This document shows, in pieces, positions 27,279 through 36,045 of a stretch of 64,000 bases of DNA. Every line of letters begins with the position of its first letter. Position 1 is the stretch's first letter. Origin of the DNA: an uncultured Ignavibacteria bacterium (GTDB lineage: Bacteria > Zixibacteria > MSB-5A5 > CAIYYT01); the NCBI GenBank assembly GCA_964552775.1, contig CAZKIH010000016.1, positions 11,430 to 75,429 of the forward strand, in the 5' to 3' direction. Below the pieces are notes generated by a model. The model was not told the DNA's origin and did not search any database. It worked only from the letters and a program-made list of their open reading frames with translations. The translations under genes were made by a program, and so were the position numbers.

Positions 27279-27617
27279 TTACTTGGCGGCTTTGACTGCT
27301 TCTTCAGTCGAGTCATACGAGTCAAACACGGTCACCAGCTTGGTGATTGTCAACAACGACTTGATCTTGTCCGTCACGTTGGCGAGCTTCAAATCCCCGC
27401 CGGCTTCCTTGACCGTCTTCAGGCAGGAGATCATAATCCCCAATCCGGTGGAGTTCATCCAATCGACCTCGGCAAGGTCGATGACAACCTTCTTCTTGTT
27501 GGCGTTGACGTAGTCACGAATCGACTCTTTGAGAGCGGTGGCATCAGGCCCGCCCATGATCTTGCCTTTCGGCTCAAGTACAACGACACCATCTTGTTCG
27601 CGGCTGTTCAGCTTCAT
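27279..27617 (-). CDS. STAS-domain anti-anti-sigma factor (RsbV/SpoIIAA-like)
   Basis: 112 aa with DLAEVDWMNSTGLGIMI (conserved phosphorylatable Ser). Confidence 0.85.
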   Translation of the reverse strand: MKLNSREQDGVVVLEPKGKIMGGPDATALKESIRDYVNANKKKVVIDLAEVDWMNSTGLGIMISCLKTVKEAGGDLKLANVTDKIKSLLTITKLVTVFDSYDSTEEAVKAAK

Positions 27618-27743
27618 ACTTTCCTTTCATGTGTAAATATCGGGATTGGGACAACGAACCGCCGTCCCGGGCGCATTTCACTGCCTGTAAGATTAAGATA
27701 TTTGAGGGTTTGTGTCAATCAAATTGGGGGCAGAGAAAAGCCG

Positions 27744-27772
27744 TTGACGGGCTAGGTTCAAGACCGGATATT
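27744..27772 (+). promoter_or_regulatory. possible sigma70-type promoter
   Basis: TTGACG, a 17-nt spacer, then GATATT, about 50 nt upstream of the ATG at 27821. Confidence 0.35.
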
Positions 27773-27820
27773 GAGGTTGCGCGCAGAGCGACTTCGAGGG
27801 GGCGGGTTTGGAAGGTGGCG

Positions 27821-28483
27821 ATGGATAATCAGAAGCAAGTATTCAAGGTACTGACATACACCGCGGTGACGTGGTGCGCTTGTGCGATTCTCGGTTGGCT
27901 TGGCTTGACACGCCTTTTCCAAATGGACAAGCTCTCCGCCGTTTACCTGGTAGCCGGCATTATACTATTCCTGCAGGTTTCGATCTCGATCGGGTTAACG
28001 CAGAACATTCGACAGACGCTGACCGGACAAAGCGCGCCTGAGAGCCTGACCGGTACCACCGAATTTTCTCAGCGAACGAACAAGAGACTCACTTACATCG
28101 CGGGGAGTATCTTGCTGCTCCTGATCCTCTCATACTTTGTGCTCCCGAAACCCTACGGTAGCAGGACGATTGTCGCAATCATGATTGGGATAGCTGTCTT
28201 GCGCGTTCTCTCAAGACCCCTTCTTCAGCTCTATGAAGTTCGGAAAGACTCCCTACAAGTTGACGATGCTGGACTGATCTCGCCGTGGGACTTCCTGCTC
28301 AAGTTCCTCCCCATCTGGGCAATCTCCCTGGGCTGCTCGCTATCTGTGCTTGCGGGGCTCTATGCAGCCACCGTTTTCGACAGTCTTGCCTACCTCGCGC
28401 TCGGAGTCGTGATTGCGGCTCTCTTCTTCTTCTGGGAACTGCGTTCTGCCAGGCGTTTCGTCGCACGCTTTGCAGCCGAGTAG
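27821..28483 (+). CDS. hypothetical integral membrane protein
   Basis: ATG at 27821 after GGAAGGTGG. 220 aa with about 5-6 hydrophobic helices and no family motif. The ORF track extends it 192 nt upstream through non-coding-looking sequence. Confidence 0.5.
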   Translation: MDNQKQVFKVLTYTAVTWCACAILGWLGLTRLFQMDKLSAVYLVAGIILFLQVSISIGLTQNIRQTLTGQSAPESLTGTTEFSQRTNKRLTYIAGSILLLLILSYFVLPKPYGSRTIVAIMIGIAVLRVLSRPLLQLYEVRKDSLQVDDAGLISPWDFLLKFLPIWAISLGCSLSVLAGLYAATVFDSLAYLALGVVIAALFFFWELRSARRFVARFAAE

Positions 28484-28497
28484 GTCGAAATCCCCTT

Positions 28498-29412
28498 ATG
28501 GCACCTGGCTTGATATCTCTAATCTCGTTGCGGGGTTTCGACAATTATCTGTACTCAACCTCCATTTGCAAATTCGCCCTGAACTCATTATCCTTTCTGT
28601 CGACAGGAAACTTGTATTCGCCCGGAGGAGACCTTCTGAAAACGGCCAAATGGACCTTTAACATAAATAGCCAATTCGAGTTCGCAGCATTCTATGACAG
28701 CCTTCTCGATTACTGGCTCTCGCCCTCCGTAAATCGCAACGAAGCCAAGACTGCGCTTCATCATATGGCCCACCAGAATCGTGCCGGTCGACAAGTTCTT
28801 GCCAAGTGCCTCCCCTACTTGATGCGAGAGATCCGCACACTCAGTACCTCGCAAAATATGGCCAAGGTCCGGGCAATGGCCGAACTCTACAACGAGGTCG
28901 AACGCCTGACCAGGAGTCGCAGGGTACCCAAGGTCTACGTCTCGCTTCCCAATCGCGGCGGTTTTCGCTCGACCACGAGCTCACCGTTACGCGAGGTCGG
29001 CGCTCCCAGCAGCCACGACCGCCGCCACGTCATCGCCGATTCGTTTTCCAAGCGCTTCGCTCAATCACTGCTGAACGACCTCATCGATGGTGAAACGCAG
29101 TGCGACTATCTCTGCGAGGTCGGCTGCGACCCCGACAATTTCGGTGGCAGCATCCAGCAAGCTGCCCGCCAGTGGCAACTGAACATGTTCAATCATCTGG
29201 ATAATCTATTCATGGGCCCCGGTCAGGAAAACCGCACTCTCGGCGCGCGCGGCATCAATATCGATCCGGCGCCTTGGCAGTCAGGTATTTACGACATTAT
29301 CCGCCGCGACCTGTCCGACGTTCTCGGCACCCGTCGGCGCCTCAACTCAAACATCGCCCTCGATATCGAACAGCGGGCAATTCAGGCCCTGATGAAAGAA
29401 CGCATGCGGTAA
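28498..29412 (+). CDS. hypothetical protein (no recognisable family)
   Basis: ATG at 28498, 15 nt after the preceding stop. 304 aa, with no signal peptide. The upstream part of track ORF 28285.. overlaps the membrane-protein gene out of frame. Confidence 0.5.
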   Translation: MAPGLISLISLRGFDNYLYSTSICKFALNSLSFLSTGNLYSPGGDLLKTAKWTFNINSQFEFAAFYDSLLDYWLSPSVNRNEAKTALHHMAHQNRAGRQVLAKCLPYLMREIRTLSTSQNMAKVRAMAELYNEVERLTRSRRVPKVYVSLPNRGGFRSTTSSPLREVGAPSSHDRRHVIADSFSKRFAQSLLNDLIDGETQCDYLCEVGCDPDNFGGSIQQAARQWQLNMFNHLDNLFMGPGQENRTLGARGINIDPAPWQSGIYDIIRRDLSDVLGTRRRLNSNIALDIEQRAIQALMKERMR

Positions 29413-29421
29413 GGGCGCTTC

Positions 29422-30339
29422 CTAAATCTCCAAAATCGCAAATCTCGAATTCACATCTTCCACCACACGATTCGGCCCCAAATAGCCCACGGGCCTCGAC
29501 TGATATTGGACGCCATCTATCGTCCGATCCTGCGCAACGTGCGAATGGCCGTAGAAAACATGACTGATAGCCTTCTGTCCCCTAATCGCCTCTTCCATCG
29601 CGTTGCTCCCATGGTACGCATTGAAGTAGTCATGCGGAATCGTGTCGCGATACTCCAACAATGCTCGATTCGGAACGAAATGCGTGACAACGACGATCTC
29701 TCGAATTGTCCTCGATTCCAGTACCGCAAGCTGACTTCGCAGTGCGTTCGCCATTAGCGCGGTTATGTCCTCGTCAGAAAGACACAAATCTGAACGCGTG
29801 AATCCGGCCGTCTTCGCGGAAAAATCCTTAAGCCACCAGACGTACTGCATGTCATTCCAAATGAACTTCTTGCCGTTAGTCGGATGATCCCAGCGGCCCG
29901 CCCGATAATGTTCAAGGCTCGTATTGCCGTCAAACTTCGAATTGCGATACGAATAGTCGAACCAACCCATACAGCCGGCAATTCCAATGCCGCCAAAGAT
30001 CACGGGCTTATCGTGAAGAAACTGGAAACCGCAATCAGCCGCAACCTCTGGGAGTAACTGGCTGTACTTGGCGCCGGAGTCTTTGCCATGGAGCAAATCT
30101 GATTTTGAAGCAATCCAGATGTCGTGATTACCCGCGATAACCAGCTTCTTGCCAGCCACATTAGCGAATTGTCGAAGCGTCCATGCAAAATCCTCCATGG
30201 ATGCTGCGATATCCCCACCGATTATCAGCACATCCGGCGCGGCAACGCAGATCGCCTCGCTGAGACGAACAGCAAACTCCCGGTTCTCGGTTGAATAGTC
30301 TACATGAAGATCGGAAGTGAAAACGATTCTGGTCATCAA
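29422..30339 (-). CDS. metallophosphoesterase (calcineurin-like)
   Basis: Contains FTSDLHVDY, GGDIA, GNHDIW, VTHF, and YGHSH. Confidence 0.8.
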   Translation of the reverse strand: MMTRIVFTSDLHVDYSTENREFAVRLSEAICVAAPDVLIIGGDIAASMEDFAWTLRQFANVAGKKLVIAGNHDIWIASKSDLLHGKDSGAKYSQLLPEVAADCGFQFLHDKPVIFGGIGIAGCMGWFDYSYRNSKFDGNTSLEHYRAGRWDHPTNGKKFIWNDMQYVWWLKDFSAKTAGFTRSDLCLSDEDITALMANALRSQLAVLESRTIREIVVVTHFVPNRALLEYRDTIPHDYFNAYHGSNAMEEAIRGQKAISHVFYGHSHVAQDRTIDGVQYQSRPVGYLGPNRVVEDVNSRFAILEI

Positions 30340-30364
30340 ATTGCGTGCGGTATTTCTCTCGCTT

Positions 30365-31159
30365 CTACGTCTTCCGGCCTTGAAGAATATAGCTTAATGG
30401 GAGATTCTTGCCGGTCTTCTCGATCTGTTCCCAGCACGAGGAAATATCGTGAGGATATTCCTTGAAGTAGCTGATCTGGATGCCATTGGCGAGCAGGCCG
30501 TTGATTATGTCAGAAAGCGTCCAGAAGAACCAATATGAAATCTCCCCGCGGTATTGCTTTCCTCCCCAATAGTCCATTCCGGTGTCATCGGCCAGCGGCT
30601 TATCGTTAAAGTAATGGTTGGTGATTTTGAGCGGGTCGGACCGATTTTCCATATCGAAGACCTCAGCTATTGGATGCTGCTCGTATATCAATACCTCCGT
30701 GCCCGGCGCCATCAAGCGAGACACGACGCCAAAGAAGCGGTTGATGTCAGGCATCCAGCCGAATACACCGATTGAAATGTAGATAAGTTCAAACGAACCG
30801 TTGTAAGAGTCGGGGATATCGTAAATGTCGCTGCGGACAAATTCGCACGCCACACCCGATGACTTGCTGAGTCGCTGAGCCTCGCCGATTGCCGCATCAG
30901 AAATGTCAAATCCAACCACGCTTGCAGCCCCAAGATTCTTCAGCGACAACGACTCGCGCCCGTCGTTGCAGCAGAGTTGAGCAACTCGCTTCCCAGACAA
31001 TCCAATCCCGTGCAACCGGGCCGTGACGAGCCGATCAAGGGTCGAGTAGCCAGACTTCTTGAACGCCTTGAAGAATCTGTCCTGCTTCGCCTCTTGATGC
31101 ATGGGAGTCACTTCATTCCAAGCCCGGCGATTAGACTCGGTGTAAATCTTGTTATCCAT
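30365..31159 (-). CDS. class I SAM-dependent methyltransferase
   Basis: 264 aa. Motif I-like VAQLCCNDGRESL and acidic loop VGFDISDAAI. Confidence 0.75.
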   Translation of the reverse strand: MDNKIYTESNRRAWNEVTPMHQEAKQDRFFKAFKKSGYSTLDRLVTARLHGIGLSGKRVAQLCCNDGRESLSLKNLGAASVVGFDISDAAIGEAQRLSKSSGVACEFVRSDIYDIPDSYNGSFELIYISIGVFGWMPDINRFFGVVSRLMAPGTEVLIYEQHPIAEVFDMENRSDPLKITNHYFNDKPLADDTGMDYWGGKQYRGEISYWFFWTLSDIINGLLANGIQISYFKEYPHDISSCWEQIEKTGKNLPLSYILQGRKT

Positions 31160-31502
31160 TGTTCGTCTCCATCTGATTGATTACTCCCAATAATTGACTC
31201 AACCAATAGGCTCAATACTTTGACCAACACATCATATAAGTCAGTCCTTCAAAGCTGGCAAGGATGAAATCTTCATTCGCGTATCTTATTGCAAATCCAT
31301 GCCTTAGATAAGATAACCCTATACTCCAGAAGCAGTCGGTGTTTGCCCGTTGTAGCATCATTGGACAATCGGCCAGAATACGTAAGCACTTGTACAATAT
31401 TAGCTTAATACTTAACTTGGACTAATAGTGTCGAAATAGTGTACAATGTGCAGTGGATTTGAGATTCCGTTTCTCATTCAACTACAAGAGCTTACAAACT
31501 TT

Positions 31503-31518
31503 TGGCAAGAGAATTGCT
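31503..31518 (+). promoter_or_regulatory. candidate sigma54 (-24/-12) promoter
   Basis: TGGCAAGAGAATTGCT has the GG and GC dinucleotides at the consensus spacing (TGGCAC-N5-TTGCW). It lies 58 nt upstream of the PEP-CTERM gene ATG. Confidence 0.45.
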
Positions 31519-31575
31519 CTATGTTGGTGTGGCAAGTAGTATTTCGATTTGAATGACTAGGAGGTCATTTTCAAA

Positions 31576-32253
31576 ATGAGAAAATTCCTTATTATCGCAG
31601 CAGTTCTGACAGGGATCGTCAGCCAGGCCTTTGCTGCACCCAACCTGTTCGTCAACGGGTCGGTCATCGCCGAATCACCGGTAGCCGGCATCAACCAAGA
31701 CCTGATGCTATCCGCGACCGGACAGATTGAGTTTACACTGCTTTTCGAATCCACGCCCTATGCCAATCGCAATTCCCTCTTCCTGCACAATTGGGGCAGC
31801 ACTTCAATTTACCAGACCATTTTTGATGACAATGATGGCGTTGGAACCTCGCGTAGTTTCAACCTGAATGGCAATTTCAGCATGTCGTTGTTCAGTGACC
31901 AGAATGATGATAACCGCTATCGCTCTAATGATGGCGATCGCTGGCTCTTCTCCGATCGCGAGGACACCTCACCGAACAGCATGCCGGATGATAACTACCA
32001 ATTCTTCCGCGGCTACAACACGCCATTTGGCAACGCTAACTACTTCTTCGAAGACGGCGGCTTGTCGTTCTCCGGTGATTATGACTTCCTGCTCTTCATT
32101 GATGACGCTCGCGGTGGCTACGGCAACTATGACCACAATGATATGGTAGTCGGTGGTCGCCTCGCTGATGCGGAAGTGCCGGAACCGGCAACGATCGTTC
32201 TTCTGGGCATGGGCCTTGTCGGCGCTGGAGTTTTCCGCAGATTCCGCAAGTAG
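31576..32253 (+). CDS. secreted PEP-CTERM sorting-domain protein
   Basis: Signal peptide MRKFLIIAAVLTGIVSQAFA. The middle is Asp/Asn-rich. The C-terminus VPEPATIVLLGMGLVGAGVFRRFRK is PEP-CTERM plus a TM helix and a basic tail. Confidence 0.8.
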   Translation: MRKFLIIAAVLTGIVSQAFAAPNLFVNGSVIAESPVAGINQDLMLSATGQIEFTLLFESTPYANRNSLFLHNWGSTSIYQTIFDDNDGVGTSRSFNLNGNFSMSLFSDQNDDNRYRSNDGDRWLFSDREDTSPNSMPDDNYQFFRGYNTPFGNANYFFEDGGLSFSGDYDFLLFIDDARGGYGNYDHNDMVVGGRLADAEVPEPATIVLLGMGLVGAGVFRRFRK

Positions 32254-32281
32254 CCAATTCCAACAATCGAATAACTCAGAA

Positions 32282-32308
32282 AGGCAGCCACCGGCTGCCT
32301 TTTTTGTT
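32282..32308 (+). terminator. rho-independent terminator
   Basis: AGGCAGCC-ACC-GGCTGCCT followed by TTTTTGTT. Confidence 0.75.
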
Positions 32309-32667
32309 CAAGCTCTCCCAGAAACTGATCAAGTAACCGTAAGATCGCAAATCATGGCCCACCGAGACTAATGCCGTTTACATACAACTTTCTCTCTTTG
32401 AAGAGGTCGGTATGATCTGAAGCGGGCTCCAAGGTGATTCCACCCGCTACCAGAACCAAAACAACCATATAAGCGGATGCCTTTCCACCTGTTTCGTAAG
32501 CCACTAAAGCGAATCTGATTAGACGAAGCGCTCTCGAATGCACAGGTCGCCACTGCCAGCTACATCTTCCTTGGATGTTAAAGATACTACTCAAATAATC
32601 CGATATAGAAATTGAATGGTATTAGTGAAAAAATTCACAATTTCAAAGGAATTGCGCCTTCTAAAAC

Positions 32668-32696
32668 TTGACAACTGACTCTTATTCATCTAATTT
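32668..32696 (+). promoter_or_regulatory. sigma70-type promoter for gdh with a long leader
   Basis: TTGACA (32668-73), a 17-nt spacer, then TAATTT (32691-96). This leaves a 5' leader of about 190 nt before the ATG at 32895. Confidence 0.45.
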
Positions 32697-32894
32697 GCAG
32701 CGATATGAGGGGAGAGGTTCTCCCCTTTAGTTTACAGGAGTGACACAAGAGCCCTGCATGAGAAATCCAGTAGTCTTGACCGCAGTGGCTCCCGCGTGTG
32801 CCGGGATGAATCCCCGCCTGCAGATCCTTTGCAGCCAGCCTCCAATCTTTGAGATACAAATGCTCCGTTTAAATTACGGGAAGGGAGAGGTTTC

Positions 32895-34181
32895 ATGAAG
32901 AGCGATTCGTTTAACCCTTTTGCAATGGCTCAACAACAGTTTGACAAGGCCGCCGAGTTCCTCAATCTCGATGACGGCACCCGTCAACTGCTGCGCATGC
33001 CGCTGCGCGAATATCAGTTTAGTATTCCGGTCCGCATGGATGACGGCAAAACTAAGATATTCCGCGGTTTCCGGGTCCAGCATAATGATGCCAGAGGACC
33101 GAGCAAAGGCGGTATTCGTTTCCATCCGCAAGAAACCATTGACACCGTCCGCGCCCTCGCCATGTGGATGACCTGGAAATGCTCGGTCGTCAACATCCCG
33201 CTCGGCGGTGGCAAGGGCGGCGTGATTTGCGATCCGCATAATCTCAGCCAGCAAGAACAGCAGCAGATTTGCCGCGGTTGGGTCCGCCAGCTTTGGCGCA
33301 ACGTCGGTCCGCTTGCCGACGTTCCGGCTCCGGATGTCATGACCAACGCTCAGCACATGTTGTGGATGTTGGACGAATACGAAGCTATCGTTGGCGAGAA
33401 GAGCCCCGGTCTCATCACCGGTAAGCCCGTTGGCATGGGTGGCTCGCTCGGCCGCACTGAAGCCACCGGCTACGGCGTGATGTACACCGTGCGCGAAGCT
33501 CTGAAAGAAATGAACATCAAACCGGAAAATACCACCGCCGCATTCCAGGGATTTGGAAACGTCTCGCAATACGCCCTCCAGTTGTATCAACGCATGGGCG
33601 GACATGCGATCTGTGTCTCCTGCTGGGATCAAAAAGACCAGACTTCATATACCTACCGCAAAATGAGCGGCCTCAGCTTCGACGAACTCATGAGCATCGT
33701 TGATCGCTTCGGTGGCATCGACAAGGTAAAGGCTAAAGATCTTGGTTACGAGATTCTCCCGGGCGATGCCTGGATCGAACAGGATGTCGACATTCTCGTG
33801 CCCGCAGCCATCGAAAACCAAGTAACCGCCGACACCGTTCAGAAGGTATCGAAGAAGGTACGGATCGTGGCCGAAGGCGCCAATGGCCCGACAACTCCCG
33901 AAGCCGACAAGGTATTCGAAAGTCGCAAAGTCTTCATGATTCCCGACTTCCTGGCCAACGCCGGCGGCGTGACTTGCAGCTATTTCGAGCAGGTTCAGAG
34001 CAACATGAACTATTACTGGGAAAAGGACGAAGTCCTCGGCAAGCTCGATGTCAAGATGACCTCGGCATTCTCAGATGTTTGTGATCTGGCCAAGAAGAAA
34101 AAACTGTACATGCGGGATGCGGCCTATATGATCGCCGTCAGCCGTGTGGCACAGGCCTGTCGCGATCGCGGCTGGGCATAA
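32895..34181 (+). CDS. gdh: glutamate dehydrogenase (about 430-aa Glu/Leu/Phe/Val dehydrogenase family)
   Basis: Contains GPSKGGIRFHP, PLGGGKGGVICDP, and FGNVSQY (Rossmann). Confidence 0.9.
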   Translation: MKSDSFNPFAMAQQQFDKAAEFLNLDDGTRQLLRMPLREYQFSIPVRMDDGKTKIFRGFRVQHNDARGPSKGGIRFHPQETIDTVRALAMWMTWKCSVVNIPLGGGKGGVICDPHNLSQQEQQQICRGWVRQLWRNVGPLADVPAPDVMTNAQHMLWMLDEYEAIVGEKSPGLITGKPVGMGGSLGRTEATGYGVMYTVREALKEMNIKPENTTAAFQGFGNVSQYALQLYQRMGGHAICVSCWDQKDQTSYTYRKMSGLSFDELMSIVDRFGGIDKVKAKDLGYEILPGDAWIEQDVDILVPAAIENQVTADTVQKVSKKVRIVAEGANGPTTPEADKVFESRKVFMIPDFLANAGGVTCSYFEQVQSNMNYYWEKDEVLGKLDVKMTSAFSDVCDLAKKKKLYMRDAAYMIAVSRVAQACRDRGWA

Positions 34182-34200
34182 TTTAGTATTCTGTTTACAA

Positions 34201-34251
34201 ATCGGGTTCCGTGTTGCAGTCCATTCATAACGCGGAACCCGATGTCCTTTT
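34201..34251 (+). terminator. long stem-loop after gdh
   Basis: 11-bp stem ATCGGGTTCCG/CGGAACCCGAT with a 21-nt loop, followed by GTCCTTTT. Confidence 0.45.
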
Positions 34252-34311
34252 GGCAGCCGTTGCACCCTTCTAGAGCTTCCGACAGAGAGATCGGAAGGGA
34301 CCGAGGATAAA

Positions 34312-36045
34312 TTGCAGCCTCATAAACTTACACCATTCGACAGAACTACCTTCGATTCGTCCGGCACAATCTCCCTGATCGGCTCAGGCTCCATCGGCGG
34401 AAAAGCGCAAGGCCTTGCTCTCGTCAAAGATGCCATCATTCCCCGTGTCGATAACAGCCTCTTTCCTGCGCTGTCAGTCAATATGCCCACGATGACTGTG
34501 CTGGCGACTGAGATCTTCGACGCCTTTATGGCCGAAAATCACCTCTACGACATCGTCCACGATGACACTCTGCGTGATGAACAAATCGCGCACCATTTCC
34601 TTGAGGCGAGCTTACCTGCCAACATCGTCGGAGACTTGCGAGCCCTCTCCAACAAGGTTCGTAATCCTCTGGCGATACGTTCTTCAAGCCTCTTCGAGGA
34701 CGCCTTGCGCGAACCATTTGCCGGCGTCTACGGTACCAAGATGATTCCGCATCACCACGAAGATCCAGACCACCGCTTCCGCGCACTCACGGAGGCGATC
34801 AAATTCGTGTATGCTTCAACATTTTTCCGTGATGCCAAGAACTACATCAAGACAACCAAGCAATCGCCTGATCAGGAGAAGATGGCCATCATCATCCAGA
34901 AGGTCGTTGGGTTCGGTCGCAACTTCCGCTTCTACCCGGTGGTCTCTGGCGTCGTGCGCTCCTACAACTTCTATCGCTCTGGCAATGCCAAGCCGGAGGA
35001 TGGCATCGTCAGCCTGGCCCTCGGACTGGGCAAGACGGTCGTCGAGGGCGGCAAAACCTGGACCTATTCTCCAGCATTTCCCCGGGCAAATCCTCCCTAC
35101 AAGTCCATCAAAGCGATGCTGAAAGGCACCCAGGACAAGTTCTGGGCAGTCAACCTCGGGCATGCGCCCTACGACCCGCTCAAAGAAACAGAATATTTAA
35201 TTCAATGTTCACTCGCAGAAGCCGAATTCGACGGTACTCTGCGCTTTGTTGCCTCGACCTATATCGCAGACAACGATCGCGTCGTCACCGGCATCGGCAA
35301 CAGCGGCCCGCGCCTGGTCAATTTTGCTCCTTTGCTCAAACTCGGAGACATTCCGCTTAATGGCATGATCCGCCATGTGCTCAAGCTGGCCGAGGAAGCT
35401 GAAGGCCACGAAGTCGAGATGGAGTTCGCTCTTACAGCCAATACCGAGGGCGACCCTCAGCCGAAGTTCTGGATACTGCAGGTTCGACCGATGTTCGTAT
35501 CGCGCTCGCGTATCGAGATTCGCGAAGAGGAGTTATTTGAGCCTGACAACATCTGTGCCTCCGAGCAGGTGCTCGGGAACGGCGTGATCGAGACCATTCG
35601 CGACGTTGTGTTCCAGAAACCCGTCGCCTTCAGTGAAAAGGAATCCTGGACAATTGCGGCAGAGTTGGAGCTCATCAACCACCGGTTGACCGCCGAAGGG
35701 CACCCCTACCTTTTGATCACCTATGGCCGGCTGGGAACAACCGATCCCCCCGCCGGAATCCCCGTCAGTTGGTGGCAGGTCTCGGGGGCGAAAGTTATAG
35801 TTGAAACCTCGTTGCCCGAGGTCCACATCGAAATGTCGCAAGGCTCACACTTCTTCCATAATGTGATAAGCTCGCAGGTCGGCTATTTTTCAATACCACA
35901 TATGGCTCGAATTCCCATAAATTGGGACTGGCTGCTTCGACAGCATACTGTCAGTGAAACTGAATTCGTGCGTTGCGTCAAACTTAGCACTCCCCTGCGC
36001 ATCAGAATTGATGGCCGCAGAGGCCGAGGACTGATTAAGTCATGA
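34312..36045 (+). CDS. PEP/pyruvate-binding (PPDK_N ATP-grasp) domain protein lacking a swivel-His motif
   Basis: TTG start after GAGGA. Contains GGKAQGLALV, LAIRSSSLFEDA...FAGVY, and VEMEFAL...WILQVRP. The C-terminal module YGRLGTTDP...SQGSHFFHN is shared with the next gene. I saw no TSHAA-type phosphohistidine motif. Confidence 0.75.
   Translation: MQPHKLTPFDRTTFDSSGTISLIGSGSIGGKAQGLALVKDAIIPRVDNSLFPALSVNMPTMTVLATEIFDAFMAENHLYDIVHDDTLRDEQIAHHFLEASLPANIVGDLRALSNKVRNPLAIRSSSLFEDALREPFAGVYGTKMIPHHHEDPDHRFRALTEAIKFVYASTFFRDAKNYIKTTKQSPDQEKMAIIIQKVVGFGRNFRFYPVVSGVVRSYNFYRSGNAKPEDGIVSLALGLGKTVVEGGKTWTYSPAFPRANPPYKSIKAMLKGTQDKFWAVNLGHAPYDPLKETEYLIQCSLAEAEFDGTLRFVASTYIADNDRVVTGIGNSGPRLVNFAPLLKLGDIPLNGMIRHVLKLAEEAEGHEVEMEFALTANTEGDPQPKFWILQVRPMFVSRSRIEIREEELFEPDNICASEQVLGNGVIETIRDVVFQKPVAFSEKESWTIAAELELINHRLTAEGHPYLLITYGRLGTTDPPAGIPVSWWQVSGAKVIVETSLPEVHIEMSQGSHFFHNVISSQVGYFSIPHMARIPINWDWLLRQHTVSETEFVRCVKLSTPLRIRIDGRRGRGLIKS

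Noticed and set aside
28285-28497. N-terminal extension of track ORF 28285-29412.
   Set aside because: It overlaps the membrane-protein gene in another frame. An ATG at 28498 just after that gene's stop gives a cleaner model.
32352-32594. 80-aa minus-strand ORF in the PEP-CTERM/gdh intergenic region, with one hydrophobic stretch.
   Set aside because: It has a TTG start with no SD and no family resemblance. It is probably non-coding, though a small membrane protein cannot be excluded.
32874-33632. Long antisense ORFs inside well-supported genes. Examples: 32874-33632(-) in gdh, 36633-37673(-) in the PPDK_N-NTase gene, 24329-25345(+) and 25508-26125(+) in the PP2C gene, 15793-16500(-) in the M50-HlyD gene, 40717-41394(-) in gdhA, 45691-46422(+) in hemN, 57647-58342(-) in the phosphohexomutase gene, and 62934-63569(-) in copA.
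   Set aside because: Each lies opposite a gene with unambiguous family motifs. They show low-complexity, Arg/Ala/Gly-biased composition and lack SD sequences. These are typical shadow ORFs.
34251-34264. TGGCAGCCGTTGCA upstream of the first PPDK_N gene as a sigma54 promoter.
   Set aside because: The GG-to-GC spacing is two nucleotides shorter than the -24/-12 consensus.
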